Shown: positions 1-12,267, counted from the first letter of the whole stretch. The stretch is DNA of 63,946 nucleotides, filler included, from Octopus bimaculoides (GCF_001194135.2; 9 parts of 9 records of this genome joined end to end with filler, not necessarily neighbours in it), one strand, 5' to 3'. A program made the numbers and translations. The notes: a model not told the origin generated them from the sequence alone.

Positions 1-297
1 ATATTTACCACTTCCGAGATTCCGCTCTCTATGAAACAAAGGTTGCCCGGATTTTATTTATTCTATTCCTTAATTTTGGGATTTTTATTCGCTTACCCGG
101 TAACCCTGGTTGCCAGCCGTGAATTATAAAAGATTTTTTTCCAGCTTATCGTATATCCATATGTGAAGAATTCACAACTTTCTGCACCAATAAACCCCTA
201 TTGTTCCTGAAAGTTGTATTTTTTTAAAATATTTTCTACGGATTGCTTAAAGCTCACTTATTCCCTACCAACAAATATACATACATACATACATACA

Positions 298-331
<34 letters not shown>

Positions 332-473
332 GAGAGTAGAAAACAGCCAACAACTGATGAAGGGTCGTTATTTATGTTGTTTGTCTTGTTTTCCGTTTGT
401 GTCTTTTGTTGTTCGAAAAAATAGTTCATATTCCATCTACTCGTACTTCGTATTTTTTTTTGTTGCCCACATT

Positions 474-552
<79 letters not shown>

Positions 553-1190
553 GTATAGATGTATGTACATATACGTATGTATATATGCATATATATATTA
601 TTTATATTATTATATGATCGAACGCCACGCATCCTCTTCCAAGTAAGTTTTATCTTAATAATTCTGATGCGCACTCTATACGATCCTTTTACTCTTTCGT
701 TTTTCTCTCTTTCTCTCTCTTATTCTTTTACCTCCTCTTCTCCTACTATTCTATCCTATTACTCTGTCACTCTCCCTCACTCCTCCTCTCTTGCTCACGT
801 GGCTCCCACTTGACCATCTGCCATCTTTCTTAGTTCTCCTAACTTGTGTTTCTTTCTTTCTCTCCGTTGTAGCTGGAATAAGGAAGACGTGTTCTTGTCT
901 GTCTCCTGTCCAAGCTTGATTTACGCGTTCGCCACCACAACCACGTTATGGCTTAGCAGCCGTTCCTGTTTGTTTCCACTGTCCTGTTTGTGTTACCAAT
1001 TTTGACCCACCGCAAAAATCCCAAATTTTATTTAATTTGCTTTGCGGGAGCAACTGTTTTATCGAAAGCGTATATTGTTGTTAAATGCTTGAAATCCGAG
1101 AGTAGAAAAACAGCCAACAACTGATGAAGGGTCGTTCCTTATGTTGTTTGTCTTGTTTTCCATTTGTGTCTTTCGTTGTTCGAAAAAATA
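332..1190 (+). repeat. Direct repeat pair (about 92 bp) flanking a pyrimidine-rich segment; possibly Penelope pseudo-LTR-like
   Basis: GAGAGTAGAAAA(A)CAGCCAACAACTGATGAAGGGTCGTT...GTTCGAAAAAATA at 332-423 and 1098-1190 with few mismatches; class assignment is inference. Confidence 0.55.
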
Positions 1191-1191
1191 T

Positions 1192-1316
1192 GGTCGACTT
1201 TGCTTTCATTCTTTCGGGGTCGATAAATTAAGTACCAGTTGCGTACTGTGGTCGATCTAATCGACTGGCCCCTTCCCCCAAAAATATCAGACCTTGTGCC
1301 TAGAGTAGAAAGAAAG
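1192..1316 (+). mobile_element. SINE family A, 3' half
   Basis: GTCGACTTTGCTTTCATTCTTTCGGGGTCGATAAATTAAGTACCAG body shared with many copies in the window. Confidence 0.8.
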
Positions 1317-1539
1317 AAAATTTTCATCGAATGTTGGTTTGAAGAAATTGGAAAGAAGCGGAGAAAGTGAAGAGAGAGAGAAACAGTGAGAGGGAGAGAG
1401 AGAGAGACAGGAAGAAGATGAGAGAGTGAAAGAGAGAAAGAGTGAGAGAAAGAGAAGGAAAGAGAGGGGGAGGAGTAAAACAGCAAAGCGAGAGATAAGA
1501 TCTATTTATAGAAATTGGTAAATGGTAACTTCTTTGGTG

Positions 1540-1606
1540 ACGCTGGTGATGCTAGTGATGGTGATGATTAATATTGCTGCTGCTGCTGGTGATGGTGATG
1601 ATGTGG

Positions 1607-1652
<46 letters not shown>

Positions 1653-1700
1653 GATGATGATGATAATGAAGACGACAGTCACGACGATGATGACGATAAC

Positions 1701-1736
<36 letters not shown>

Positions 1737-1880
1737 AATGATAATGATGATGATGATGATGATGATGATAATGATAATGATGATGATGTTGATCGCGGTT
1801 ATGATGATAATGCCGAAGATGATGGTGATGATTATAGCGATAAGGACGATCTAGAAGATAGTGATGACGATGGTGATACT
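1540..1880. repeat. (GAT)n microsatellite
   Basis: Direct inspection. Confidence 0.95.
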
Positions 1881-2460
1881 TAATGCATTATCTATCATGG
1901 TTATTTGATTATTCCCAGGAGTCCGTTAGCAGATCCCAGCAGCTCCCAGCAGTTTCAAGCGGGTTCCAGCAAGCCACAGCGAGACTCCCAGCGATTCCCA
2001 GCGACTCCCAGCAAACCCACTGCCGGCAGACCCTTACATCGTACTGACTGTCTCCGGTAAAAGTTTAATTTTCTCCTCAGTGGTTACGTTAATAAGGGAA
2101 AGCAACAGGGTTCTAAGATGGCGGAGAAGCAGAAGAAATAAGGGATTGGGGATTCTAGATCCCTTTAGAAGCAGTTTTAGAGGTGCAGCTCCCTAAGGAT
2201 GTATACAAGCAAGGGTGTTATATAATTGGATGACATCACTAGAGAAGAAGACCATTAAAACACTGTCACGTTTTACTGAACATTTGCACGAGCAAACGGC
2301 GGCGCCTCTGTGTGGTCACATGACTTGCTATAAATAACAGCCAAGTCTCTAGAGTGTGCCTTTTATATTCTCCAGGCGATATTGGAAAAACGGAAATAGA
2401 ATACATTATCTATTTCCTTCTATATATAATTCGATTTTATTTTCAAGTGTCTTTTTGTAG

Positions 2461-2511
<51 letters not shown>

Positions 2512-2557
2512 ATACTCTTTTACTTTTTTACTTGTTTCAGTTATTTGACTGTGGCTA

Positions 2558-2657
2558 NNNNNNNNNNNNNNNNNNNNNNNNNNNNNNNNNNNNNNNNNNN
2601 NTTAATTAATTAANNNNNNNNNNNNNNNNNNNNNNNNNNNNNNNNNNNNNNNNNNNN
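2558..2657. other. Artificial assembly spacer (44 N + TTAATTAATTAA + 44 N), first of eight
   Basis: Identical 100-nt blocks at 2558-2657, 13056-13155, 20486-20585, 29605-29704, 55708-55807, 58045-58144, 61300-61399 and 62806-62905; the 12-mer is palindromic and gives TAA stops in all six frames. Confidence 0.97.
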
Positions 2658-2815
2658 TCGGTGGACAGTAGAATGAAATCTTCCATTGCAATACAAATGG
2701 TGTTTACCACTGGACTACTGATCATTGCTTTGTTGACTTATTTTGTGAGGACCTGGAGGCCTTTGATGATGATAATATCAATCCCGTCAGTGCTGTTCGC
2801 TATCACCTATTTCTG
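2658..2815 (+). CDS. SLC22-family organic cation/anion transporter, first visible coding exon (5' end cut by spacer)
   Basis: Not in ORF track. Hand translation SVDSRMKSSIAIQMVFTTGLLIIALLTYFVRTWRPLMMIISIPSVLFAITYF+TG matches the SLC22 TM5-TM6 pattern (YFxRxWRxL); donor GTAAGT at 2816; phase 2. Confidence 0.85.
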
Positions 2816-3451
2816 GTAAGTATGCATGTGTGTATGGGTGGATGGATGAGTGTATGTGCATATATGGGTGTATGATCATTGGCTCTATGTATGTACGAGT
2901 GTATGGATGTCTATGTATATGCATGACTGGTTAGTTGCCTATGTATATGTATGACTGGATGTGTGTGTATGTATATATGTATGCATGTATGTATGTATGA
3001 ATATATGAATGTATGGGTGTATGGATTTATAAACGGATGGACTTGAGCATGCGTGGGAGCATTGATGTATAGACGTATATGTTTGGATAGATGAATGGAT
3101 GTGTGTGTGTGTGCACTTATTTCTATATGTATATACAACCCGTCACATAGTTGGCGACTAAACTTAGAACTCTAAAAAGCTTACTTGGGGAAGCGTGTGG
3201 GAGTGGGGTGTGTTTATATTGGATACCCTCCAGGATGAGAAGCAAAACCCATCAAAAGGCAGCTGGGGGTGAGGAACCCTTAGTCTTTGTTTAGATATCT
3301 CTCTGGGGGAAGGAAAACTCTGATCTAACACCTGTACCTTCGTTTTAATCCAATTATGTAGATTAGTTCTTCTTTTGGGGCAAAAGCATTCGATGTTTAG
3401 AGACGGGTAATTTAAAAAGCTTTAAATACAGGCTTCACCTAATTTGTAACA

Positions 3452-3535
3452 GGTGTGGCTGTGTGGTAAGAAGTTTGCTTCCCAACTACACAGTTTTGGG
3501 TTCAGTCTCACGGTAGGCATCTTGAACAAATGTCT
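3452..3535 (+). mobile_element. SINE family B head fragment
   Basis: tRNA-like head GTGGCTGTGTGGTAAGAAG...GGGTTCAGTC, shared with the full copy at 16010-16402. Confidence 0.7.
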
Positions 3536-3599
3536 ATCTATCTATTTATCTAGATAGGTAAACAGATAGATAGATAGATAGATAAATATTTATATAACT

Positions 3600-4130
3600 G
3601 AGTGTTTGACCGTCTTTTGCTCAGGTCATAGCTAGCTTATTAGCATCGCATGGAGATGTCTTCTAAGAAATATTTTGGGACACCATGGACCATTCAATCA
3701 AAGATCTGCGGTCGGCTGAAACGTATCTATGTGTTGGTGCTTTGTTTGGCACTTCTTTGAGTAATCTATCTGTTATGTTCAAGTAGTACGGAGTGGGTTC
3801 TTCGATGGGTTATTTTAGATAATCACCATTCAAATATTTAGTTGGGTAACACTGTCTTCCACGCGATGTACACACGCACATCATAACACTGTCCAAATAC
3901 CATTTCAATGTTGTGGGCCTTTTTCTAGTTTAATTTCTTTTGGGGTAGCATTGAATAAAGCAGGACCATTTGAAGTAACAAAAAAGTTGTGTCGGAAAGT
4001 TTTTGTGATGTGAACTCAACTTTTGTGGGGGACATATGGCACGGAGGACTAGCCTTGTGTGACTCGTAAACTTGATGCCAACATCATGTGAATAATAGTG
4101 GTGGAATATTTTTCTACGTTGTGCAAATAA
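3600..4130 (-). mobile_element. Heavily decayed RTE-type LINE fragment (post-RT region)
   Basis: Minus-strand translation loosely follows the RTE post-RT pattern, with stops. Confidence 0.3.
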
Positions 4131-4144
4131 TATAGTAAAGATGG

Positions 4145-4250
4145 CAGTGTTGGAGAGAATACACTTGCCCAAGGTGTTACGCAGTAGGACTGAACCCGGA
4201 ACGATATGGCTGATAAGCAAGCTTCTTACCATACAGCCATGCCTGCACCT
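4145..4250 (-). mobile_element. SINE family B head fragment
   Basis: Reverse complement of the family B tRNA-like head. Confidence 0.75.
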
Positions 4251-5039
4251 ATCTTTATATTTATTTATTTTTTTATTTTTTTTTTTTTGTCATTGATCTC
4301 TGTAGTGTTTCAATCCTCATTATATCCTGCTTTATGTTGGGGGACTATAATGGGTAGCAGTGTTTGAGGCGAAACCCAGAAAACATGGATGGGAAAAGGA
4401 TGATTGATTTATGATCCCTAGACTAAGATGCGTGTGTGTGTGTGTGTGTGTGTGTGCGTGCGGGGAAGGAAGAGAGTTTCCTTATCTGAACAATGGTTGT
4501 AAACAAGTGTCATTGTGATACGGTCCATCTCTATTTCCAATCTTCCATGAAAACATGATTGGTCAAGGGGAAATATTTCTTTAGTAGGAAACATGTGAGG
4601 GTTGACATCAAGAAGGGTTTCTGGCCATAGAAAATATGCCTCAACACATTCCATTCAACTCTTGCAAGCATGGAAAAGTGGATGTTAAGACAAAGATAAT
4701 GATGAGGAGACTATAAGGTAAGTCATGAATGTTACACAATCTCATTTTATCCACTTTATGAACACGATTCATTCTGTCAATTATGATATTCAGTTTCATG
4801 CTTCGACTTTGTTCCTGTGATACAATGGCACTGACTAAATACATATTCCTATTTCTCCTGATGGCCCAAGACCCCTAAGATGTAGGTTTGGAGGAATATA
4901 TAACCCATGGCCCCTTAACCCCTAAAGAATATAGAAGCTGGAGGTATGTATGTATGTATGTTTGTATGTGAGTGTGTGTACGTATATATGTGTGTGTATG
5001 CGGTTGTATTGATGAGGTTTTCCGTTTCCTATTTGCAAG

Positions 5040-5252
5040 TTTCCTAGACGAATCTCCCCGATGGCTCCTCAATAAAAAGAGAACAAAAGATGCCAACATA
5101 ATTCTTAGCAACATCGCCAAACTGAATAAAACAGTTTTGCCTCAAACAGAAATCGTCAACATTTTCTCATCGTATACTAAAAGAGTAGAAATCTGGAAAA
5201 TGTTTACCATTCCTCAGCTTCTAAAACGGACCCTAATTTTGATGCTAAACTG
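5040..5252 (+). CDS. SLC22-family transporter exon (central cytoplasmic loop)
   Basis: Acceptor TTTGCAAG|T; FLDESPRWLLNKKRTKDANIILSNIAKLN...TIPQLLKRTLILMLN carries the ESPRWL motif; donor GTGAGT at 5253; phases match both neighbours. Confidence 0.92.
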
Positions 5253-5424
5253 GTGAGTGATATTGCATTTACGATTTTCTGTGTTCTTTGTCTTTCATCG
5301 TTTACTTGTTTCAATCATTTGACTGCAGCCATGCTGGGGCACCGTCTTGAAAATGTTTTAGTTGAATTAATTGACCCCAGAACGTTTTTATGACTGGTGC
5401 TGATTCTATTGTTTTCTTAATTAT

Positions 5425-5519
5425 GTGCAACTCATTTTATTTAATTTTTCATAATTTTCAAAATTCACTGAAATAAAACTAGCGTATTTTAACAGAAACA
5501 TGGTAACGAATGGGTTAAA
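5425..5519 (-). mobile_element. piggyBac-like MITE 5' fragment
   Basis: Reverse complement reads TTAACCCATTCGTTACCATGTTTCTGTT..., matching the copies at 34399 and 36072. Confidence 0.55.
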
Positions 5520-5529
5520 TCTGAATAAG

Positions 5530-5790
5530 CTGCCTGATGTCTCTAAAAGTAGGTCATTAAAGTATTGGCCATTCTCTGACAGGTTTGTGGTCAAGCTTGT
5601 GGCAGTGGAGACTTCCGTCATTCTCAGCCCCTCGACCACATCCCTGCTCACCACTATCAGGGTGGAAACAGCCATCCGCAAGTGTGAGCCCCGTGGGTCA
5701 GAATGGCTGTTCCAGTGCATCTGGGGCAACACCTTTTCTACTTTGTCTGCTGGGACCTTGAGGCAAACCGACAAACCATTTTAGGTAAAT
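5530..5790 (-). mobile_element. Possible decayed APE endonuclease fragment of a LINE
   Basis: KVPADKVEKVLPQMHW...LIVVSRD...NLSENGQYFNDLL loosely follows the APE pattern; catalytic motifs are eroded. Confidence 0.3.
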
Positions 5791-6268
5791 CTTTGCTGTG
5801 CGGAAAAGGAAGGATATGATGATTTAGGCAGGGCCCTTCATGAAATTTAGAAAACTATTTCACTAAGAATTACCGAAGGCAAACAAATGTCAGAGACTAC
5901 AGACAAATCAGTGAATTCTGCTTATCACAAAATACTTTTTACTCCATGAACATAAACACTCCATGAACATAAACGTTCCATGCACACATAACCTAAAAAA
6001 GCCACATATACATACAAACCATCTACTCACCATTTATCCAACGCACTAAAGTTAACTGGCTCTCATTGGCTAACTCTGTCTCAGTTCTTAAGTTGTCTTA
6101 GTTGTCTATATTAGACAGTTAGTTGTATAACTCTACTTGCTGTTGGTCTCAATGTTCAAATTATCATAATTTTCTCTAAGAAATTACGTAGCCATCTAAC
6201 CAGGGTTTGGTCTGCAATTTTTGTGCATTTTTGTACATTATATAAAATCTTTCATTTCTTTTATATAG

Positions 6269-6495
6269 GGCGATTGTGAGCTTGGTATATTACGGCCTTA
6301 CTCTTAATGTAGGCAGATTGTATGGCAATCTCTATTTGAATTTTTTTTTGAATTCGGTTGTCGAGTTTCCAGCGAATATTCTCTGTATCCTTCTGTTAAA
6401 TCGTGTTGGAAGAAAAAAAATGCATGCTAGCCTGATGGTTTTGGCTGGAGTTGCTTGTATCGCTGGAATATTTCCCGTCCTCTATGGCACTAAAG
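6269..6495 (+). CDS. SLC22-family transporter exon (TM7-TM9)
   Basis: Acceptor TTTCTTTTATATAG|G; (W)AIVSLVYYGLTLNVGRLYGNLYLNFFLNSVVEFPANILCILLLNRVGRKKM...LYGTK with MFS NRxGRK motif; donor GTAAAC at 6496. Confidence 0.95.
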
Positions 6496-6509
6496 GTAAA
6501 CAAACCATT

Positions 6510-7750
6510 ATTATTATTGTTGCTGTTATTACTATTATCTTTTTATCACAGATTCTGTTGGAGCTCCTAGAGTCTTGCATGCATAACCGGGCTATTTTGT
6601 ACTTAGGATGGTTATATCTATCTTTTCGCCTTCCTTCTCGGCTATTCATGTGTCAAAGAGGCGTACAACGTTCACTATATAGCATATGTGGTGCACCTTG
6701 TCCACTAACACTAGGTCCGGTCTGTTATGCTCTAGTACTTGATCTGTTTGAATTGGAAAATCCTAGAGGACTTTACTAGTCTCCGACACTGCCACTCTCT
6801 GCGGTTAGTATTCATACCACGTCTTCCTTCTCTCTAGTTCCCACTTTTCCCACAGTTTCCAAGGTTGCACTTTCGCTACCTGGTCGTGACGCCACAACTT
6901 GTAGTGGTTTTGGGCAAGTCTAGGGCATTCGTTCGTGATACGGGCAATGGTTTCATTCTCTCTATTGCAGATGCGGCACAGCGGAGACACTTGCTCATTC
7001 CTCAGGTTGATCCTCCAGTTCGTGGCCAGAGCTTGATCCTGCGCTGCCCAGTATAGTACTCCTGGTCTCTTTTTTTTAGTGTTTCTTTTTTCTACCAGTC
7101 CCACCTATTTTTTCCAGCAACTTCTGTTGTGGTTACATGGAATTGATTGTAAAGTCCCTTCTTTCGTAATTCTTCTTCATGTCCTTTTTGTTCTTCGTCC
7201 TTTGTTATCCCTTTTTCCTCTGCTTTTAATGCTCCCTCATTCCTAACCGCCATTAGCAAGGTTTCCTTACTTTGGGCTAGCTATCTCATTAAGATCTCGA
7301 GTTCGATACGCACGCAGTCTTCCACACTTATCAGTCCCCTTCCTCCATTTACTCTCTTCATGTATCGGCGATCAGTGTCTGCACGTGGATGATGGGTTCC
7401 ATGCATCGTTAGGAACTTCCTGTCCCTCTCCTTTAGCTTCTCTTCTATCCACTTCAGGATCCCAACACCATACCGAGCTACTGCGACTGCGCGCGAGTTT
7501 TTTGCCGAAATTGTGTGTCTGGTATTCAGCTTTGAGGACAATATTCTTCTCACTCTCCGCAGGTATTCTATTTTTGTCTTTTCCTTCATGTCACTGTGTT
7601 TGATTCCAACTGACTCAAGTATTCCCAGGTATTTATAGCTGGATTGAGGTTCGATTGCCTTCATCATTTCACCACTTGGCAACCATTTACCTTCTGTCCT
7701 GGCAAGCTTTCCTCGTCTCATCACCATCGTAGCACATTGTCCAAACTCTG
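6510..7750 (-). mobile_element. R4/Dong-like RLE LINE fragment in SLC22 intron
   Basis: RT thumb YKYLGILE...KLN...NSRAV...GGRGLISVEDCV (7281-7745); CCHC-like CRICNRENETIARITNECPRLAQNHYKLWRHDQVAK (about 6860-7000); endonuclease HNRPDLVLVDK (about 6690-6740); frameshifts and stops; AAT-type repeats at both ends. Confidence 0.88.
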
Positions 7751-7777
7751 TATTATTATTACTATTATTATTATTAC

Positions 7778-7862
<85 letters not shown>

Positions 7863-7959
7863 GCTGTTATTATTGTTATTATTATTATTGTTGTTGTTGT
7901 TGTTGTTATTCTTCTTCTTTTTCTTCTTCTTTTTCTTCTTCTTCTTCTTCTTCTTCTTC

Positions 7960-7990
<31 letters not shown>

Positions 7991-7992
7991 GA
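7748..7992. repeat. Compound trinucleotide microsatellite (ATT)n-(GTT)n-(CTT)n-(ATT)n
   Basis: Direct inspection. Confidence 0.95.
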
Positions 7993-8389
7993 TTAAACCT
8001 TGGGAGAGGCATTATGCCGGTAATAAACACACGCACTGGTTCAGTTCTTTATTAATTTATAAACAGTATTTAGTTTTTCGTTTTTCGTTTTTTTTTTTAG
8101 CGTTATTTTTTATTTAGCGTTATTTTGAAATTGTCCGGTATGAGCATGTGCGTGTGTGCACGTTCGTATGTGTGCACGCTCGTATGTGTGCACTCACGTA
8201 TGTGTTCGTGCTTATATGTAAGTTTGTGCGTCCATATGTGTGTTTGTTAAATTTCGTTCATATCAGATAAGATAGAGACTTTGGACTTGGTTTTGGTTTC
8301 CTTTCTGTTATTTTCTGTTTTCTTCGTAAATGCATCTTTTTTATTTACGTTCACGTTCTGTATTTTATGTGTGAAAAACGTCTGTAACC

Positions 8390-9780
8390 ATGGGTAATTG
8401 GAAGGCTTTTATCTACGTGTATTTGCTGTTCACAATTGGTCGTGTTTCAGTTATGAGGACTGACTCGTGTATTTGCCGTAACCATGCGTCATCAGGGTGT
8501 CTTGACAGGATTTCTATGCTAATCCGGTCCAGTACACCACCATGTTGTTCTTTTGCATGCTGGTATAGCACCGAGGTTTGTTTGTGATTCTTATAGTCCT
8601 TCCAATGTTCATTTACACGCTCAGCCAAACTTCTCGTCGTTTCACCTATGTATGCTGTGTTTCCGTTTTTACAATCACCATCCATACAGCTTATTTTGTA
8701 GACCACATTTCTGGCTTTGCAGTTGATACCAAGACTATATTTGCACACAATGCAATTCTCTTCTACACACTTTGTCCTTCTGAAGGGGTATGTTTTGCAT
8801 ATTATCGATCTAATGGATCTCCCTGGTTTTTCTGACATTTATCTTCAATTTAGTACTTTTGAGGATTTTTCTAAATCTGCGGGCTAGTTCTCCGTGTGGT
8901 GTGGCGTCTATAAACATTACTCCTCGGAACTTGTCGGTATTGTACCACGTGTTCTTTCTGTTTGTTTTGTCACTAATTCTTTGTAGTCGATTCCACTGTT
9001 TATTACGGTACCTAAGTTGTTTCCATCTGTATCTTTGTCAACAATCTCCTCAAATTTCTTGCTAACTCCTCTGTATACTCGGATCCTATCTTTCTGGCTG
9101 CATCCCGAAAACTGCATGCGATGCATGAAGTTTTGTATATGTCTTTGTCTCTCCCAAGGAATGCACAGGGGGGATATATTTTTCATTATTCTGACTAAAT
9201 CGGCTATTAATATATTAATTTTCACACTGTGTGATAGAGTCGAATTCTTATGGATAACATACTTTGAAGATAAAGGTTTCATATAATGTGAGTGGAGGAT
9301 TTGAACTTTGTCGTTAATTGCTTCTAGCCAAAGTTCTGTGTCAAGTACCGGGAGTCTCTTATTTAGGTGTCTTGTTGAGTAATCTATTGTTACCTTGATG
9401 CTCTGGTGTATTGCATTAGCTATATTCTGGATGTTTTCCATCACGATCTTCTCGTTCTCTTCAGTCTGAATGTTCGACGGTGTTTTGACTACGATGTTAA
9501 CATCATCCACATATCTCCCGTACAGTTTGATTGTTCCTCGAGAGTTTTTTTTTTCAGCTTTTTGTCCCACCAGGTCATGAATAGGCTTGCCACGTCCCCG
9601 GCCACATCGACATTTGTTGACCATCGCAGAGAATTCACTGACCAAGTTTCTGCCAATTATTGAAGGAGACATAGTCTGGGTTTCAAGGGGATTTCTAGAG
9701 ATATGCTTTAACTCCTTGTGGGCTTCCAGCATGCTGGGTACCAACCCACAATTTCTGAGGGCCTGTGCTTTATGAATGAG
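8390..9780 (-). mobile_element. Penelope-like element (Neptune-like), RT + Cys linker + GIY-YIG endonuclease, 5'-truncated
   Basis: LFMTWWDKK in a shifted frame, then LYGRYVDD (YVDD at 9502-9513), LPVLD and HSHYMKP; ORF 8413-8838 has CVEENCIVC then NVVYKISC...YIGETTRSLAERVNEH; frameshifted. Confidence 0.9.
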
Positions 9781-10057
9781 ACTGAGTAGACGAAAACTGT
9801 AGAGAAGCCCACATATTGAAATTATATACACCTTAGTCAGCCGTTGTCATTTTAATTTTACCTGAGAATTGGGTTTGATGTAATGTTCAGTATGGTCAAA
9901 TGGTTAAGAAACTTGCATCACAACCTTATAGCTCTTGGTTCAATCCCACTGCGTAGCATGTTAAGTAAGGGTCCACATGTCTGTGAAATACAGAAACGGG
10001 TTGCTTTTTTTTCTTTTCTTACTTAAAAATTCTATCTGTTACCTTTTTCTTTTTCAG

Positions 10058-10239
10058 CCCATCGATGGATATTAACCGCCAGTTCAATGTTAGGCCGTTT
10101 GTTTATCACCGCAGCTTTTTCAATTGTGTATTTATACACTTTGGAGTTGTATCCAACTTGTATAAGAAACGGTGCATTGGGGGTTATGTCTACCTTTGCC
10201 CGTGTTGGCGGCAGTGTGGCACCTTACATTCTCAACTTT
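10058..10239 (+). CDS. SLC22-family transporter exon (TM10-TM11)
   Basis: Acceptor CTTTTTCTTTTTCAG; (A)[60 protein letters not shown] with ELYPTxxR motif; donor GTAAGT at 10240; not in ORF track frame. Confidence 0.95.
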
Positions 10240-10423
10240 GTAAGTATTTAGATTCTTCCAGACTTCGTATTTGTTTTGTTGTTCGCCTCTTTTGTTAGTC
10301 CACCCATCGTGGGACCAGCACAACTAGTAAAGAGACAGAGCTAGGCTTATCTTTCTATGGATTTACATAACAACATACGAATAAGGAAATATTATCCATC
10401 AGACCAGGCACAATGGCTATAAA

Positions 10424-10815
10424 CCTTTTGTTACCGTATTTGGGATGAAATACACTGTATTTGTTTCAAAGAATTTAGTAAAATAGCCGAGGCTTTTCTT
10501 ACCACATTTCTGAAATAAACAGCCTTTGTTTTAATTAATTTTGAAATAACGAAGAATTTAGTGAAATAACTTTGTCATTATTGAGCTGCTACTTCAGGTA
10601 GTGAGCTGGAAGAATCATTAACAGACTGGAAAAAAGGCTTAGCAGCTTTTCGTCCGTCTTTACATTCTGAGTTGAAATTCCACTGAGGTCAACTTTGCCT
10701 TTCATCTTTTCGGGATCGATAAAATAAGTACCAGTTAGATATTGGTGTTGATGTAGTTGACCTACCCGAACTTCCTCGAAATTACTAGCCCTGTACCAAA
10801 ATTTGAAACCATTGT
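10424..10815 (+). mobile_element. piggyBac-like MITE fragments followed by a SINE A copy (about 10600-10815)
   Basis: AACCTTTTGTTACC...AATTAATTTTGAAATAACGAAGAATTTAG unit, then SINE A with B-box GAGTTGAAATTCC. Confidence 0.7.
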
Positions 10816-11572
10816 TATGCTGCTACTTTGAACAATAAAACAAACTCACTCTGCCTTTCTCATGCGTTGGTTTAGTCCAGTCGGACATTTTTTATTTCCC
10901 TTTTGCGTTACTCCACACTTGTCTGTCTGCTCGGCCTCGACTTTTTTGTTGTTGTTGTATATGTATTATTTTTTTGTATATGTATTAATATCTTTTGTTG
11001 TTGTCTCTACTCGTCTCTAAGACCATATTCTCATATTCTGTTTATTTATTCTATTTTTTGTCCCCATCCACCCACTAACAGTCTCCTCTCGAATTACTTT
11101 CATCTATTTCCATTTCTGTTTCCCTTTTTCATCCTTGTTTGTCCGTCACATTTCGTCTTGTCATTTTTTGGTTACATTCCCATCAAGTTCTCTAGCTGGT
11201 TGCCTCCAGAGTGGAATATATATTGTCAATGAGGGCACGAAATTGCACCTGACCCCCTGGTCGATAACAAATGAGGTGTTAGTGTCTTTCTGTGTTTGTT
11301 CTCCATTCATCTGTGCATTTAGTATACGTTTTTCAACTTCACCTTCCGCGCCATTTTCCCATTCGTTTGTTTGTTACTATACATGTTTGATTTCTGAAAA
11401 CATTATTCACGTAACGCAATCTTTGTTTTTTTTTTACCTATATATGCTGAAATACAACAGGGCGGTCATTGTGGGAGCCCCTTTGACCATAAGTGTGCTG
11501 GTTCAGTAATGACCTGGGGCCAAACAACAACAAAATAAACAAAATCATATTTTTTTTCTGTTTCTTTTTCAG

Positions 11573-11736
11573 TCAGATTTGGTTTCTGGCAAGGTTGGTC
11601 GAATAATGCCGATGATTCTTATGGGAACACTTTCTATAATCGCGGGGCTATTGTCATTATTGTTACCTGAAACAAACAACCGGAAAATGATGGACAACTT
11701 CAATGATGTGACCAAATCTGGAGAACTGGAGTTAGC
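11573..11736 (+). CDS. SLC22-family transporter exon (TM12, LPET motif)
   Basis: Acceptor TTTCTTTTTCAG; SDLVSGKVGRIMPMILMGTLSIIAGLLSLLLPETNNRKMMDNFNDVTKSGELEL; donor GTAGGT at 11737 (unspliced read-through stops at TAG 11738-11740). Confidence 0.92.
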
Positions 11737-11949
11737 GTAGGTGTCTCTCATATGATTTAAACATCATTATCGTCATCATCACCATCAGTAGTAGCATCAT
11801 AATTCTCATCCTCATCAATATAATTATCATTATCATCTTTGTTATCATCATCATCATTATTATTGTTGTCATCAACATAACCATAATTATCATCATCATC
11901 ACCATCGTTTGCACAACATCAACAATGACCTCATCATTGATTTAATAAG

Positions 11950-12150
11950 AAACTTAATCATCCAGGCGAAATGCTTAGCGGTATTTCGTCTGTCTTTACG
12001 TTCTGAGTTCAAATTCCGCCGAAGTCGACTTTGCCTTTCATCCTGTCAGGGTCGATAAATGAATTAAATACCAGTTGCGTACTAGGGTCGATCTAATCGA
12101 CTGGCCTCCTCCCCAAAAATTTCTGGCCTTGTGCCTAGAGTAGAAAAGAA
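11950..12150 (+). mobile_element. SINE family A in last SLC22 intron
   Basis: GAAATGCTTAGCGGTATTTCGTC...GAGTTCAAATTCCGCC...CCTTGTGCCTAGAGTAGAAAAGA. Confidence 0.85.
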
Positions 12151-12267
12151 TCTTATTCATCATCACCATAATCATCATCATCTGCATCATATTTCAAATA
12201 TTAAACATTATTTTGCTAAATGTCTGATTGGCCATTCCACTTTTTCTTTCTTTCTTTTTCCCTCCAG

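Noticed and set aside
354-424. CTGATGA hammerhead core at 354-360 and 1121-1127
   Set aside because: No stem II closed by GAAA plus stem III in the right geometry; a GAAA-stem at about 1064-1090 lacks a matching core
265-674. ORFs with YI/MYVC/HT/CV/poly-M/poly-I/poly-F runs here and throughout the track
   Set aside because: Translations of microsatellites (TA, TACA, CA, GAT, ATT, CTT), not genes
6496-6779. C-terminal part of ORF 6276-6779
   Set aside because: Read-through past the 6495 donor into intronic antisense R4-like sequence; only 6269-6495 is SLC22
7750-8036. Poly-N/poly-K N-terminus of ORF 7281-8036
   Set aside because: Compound microsatellite fused in frame to a LINE fragment
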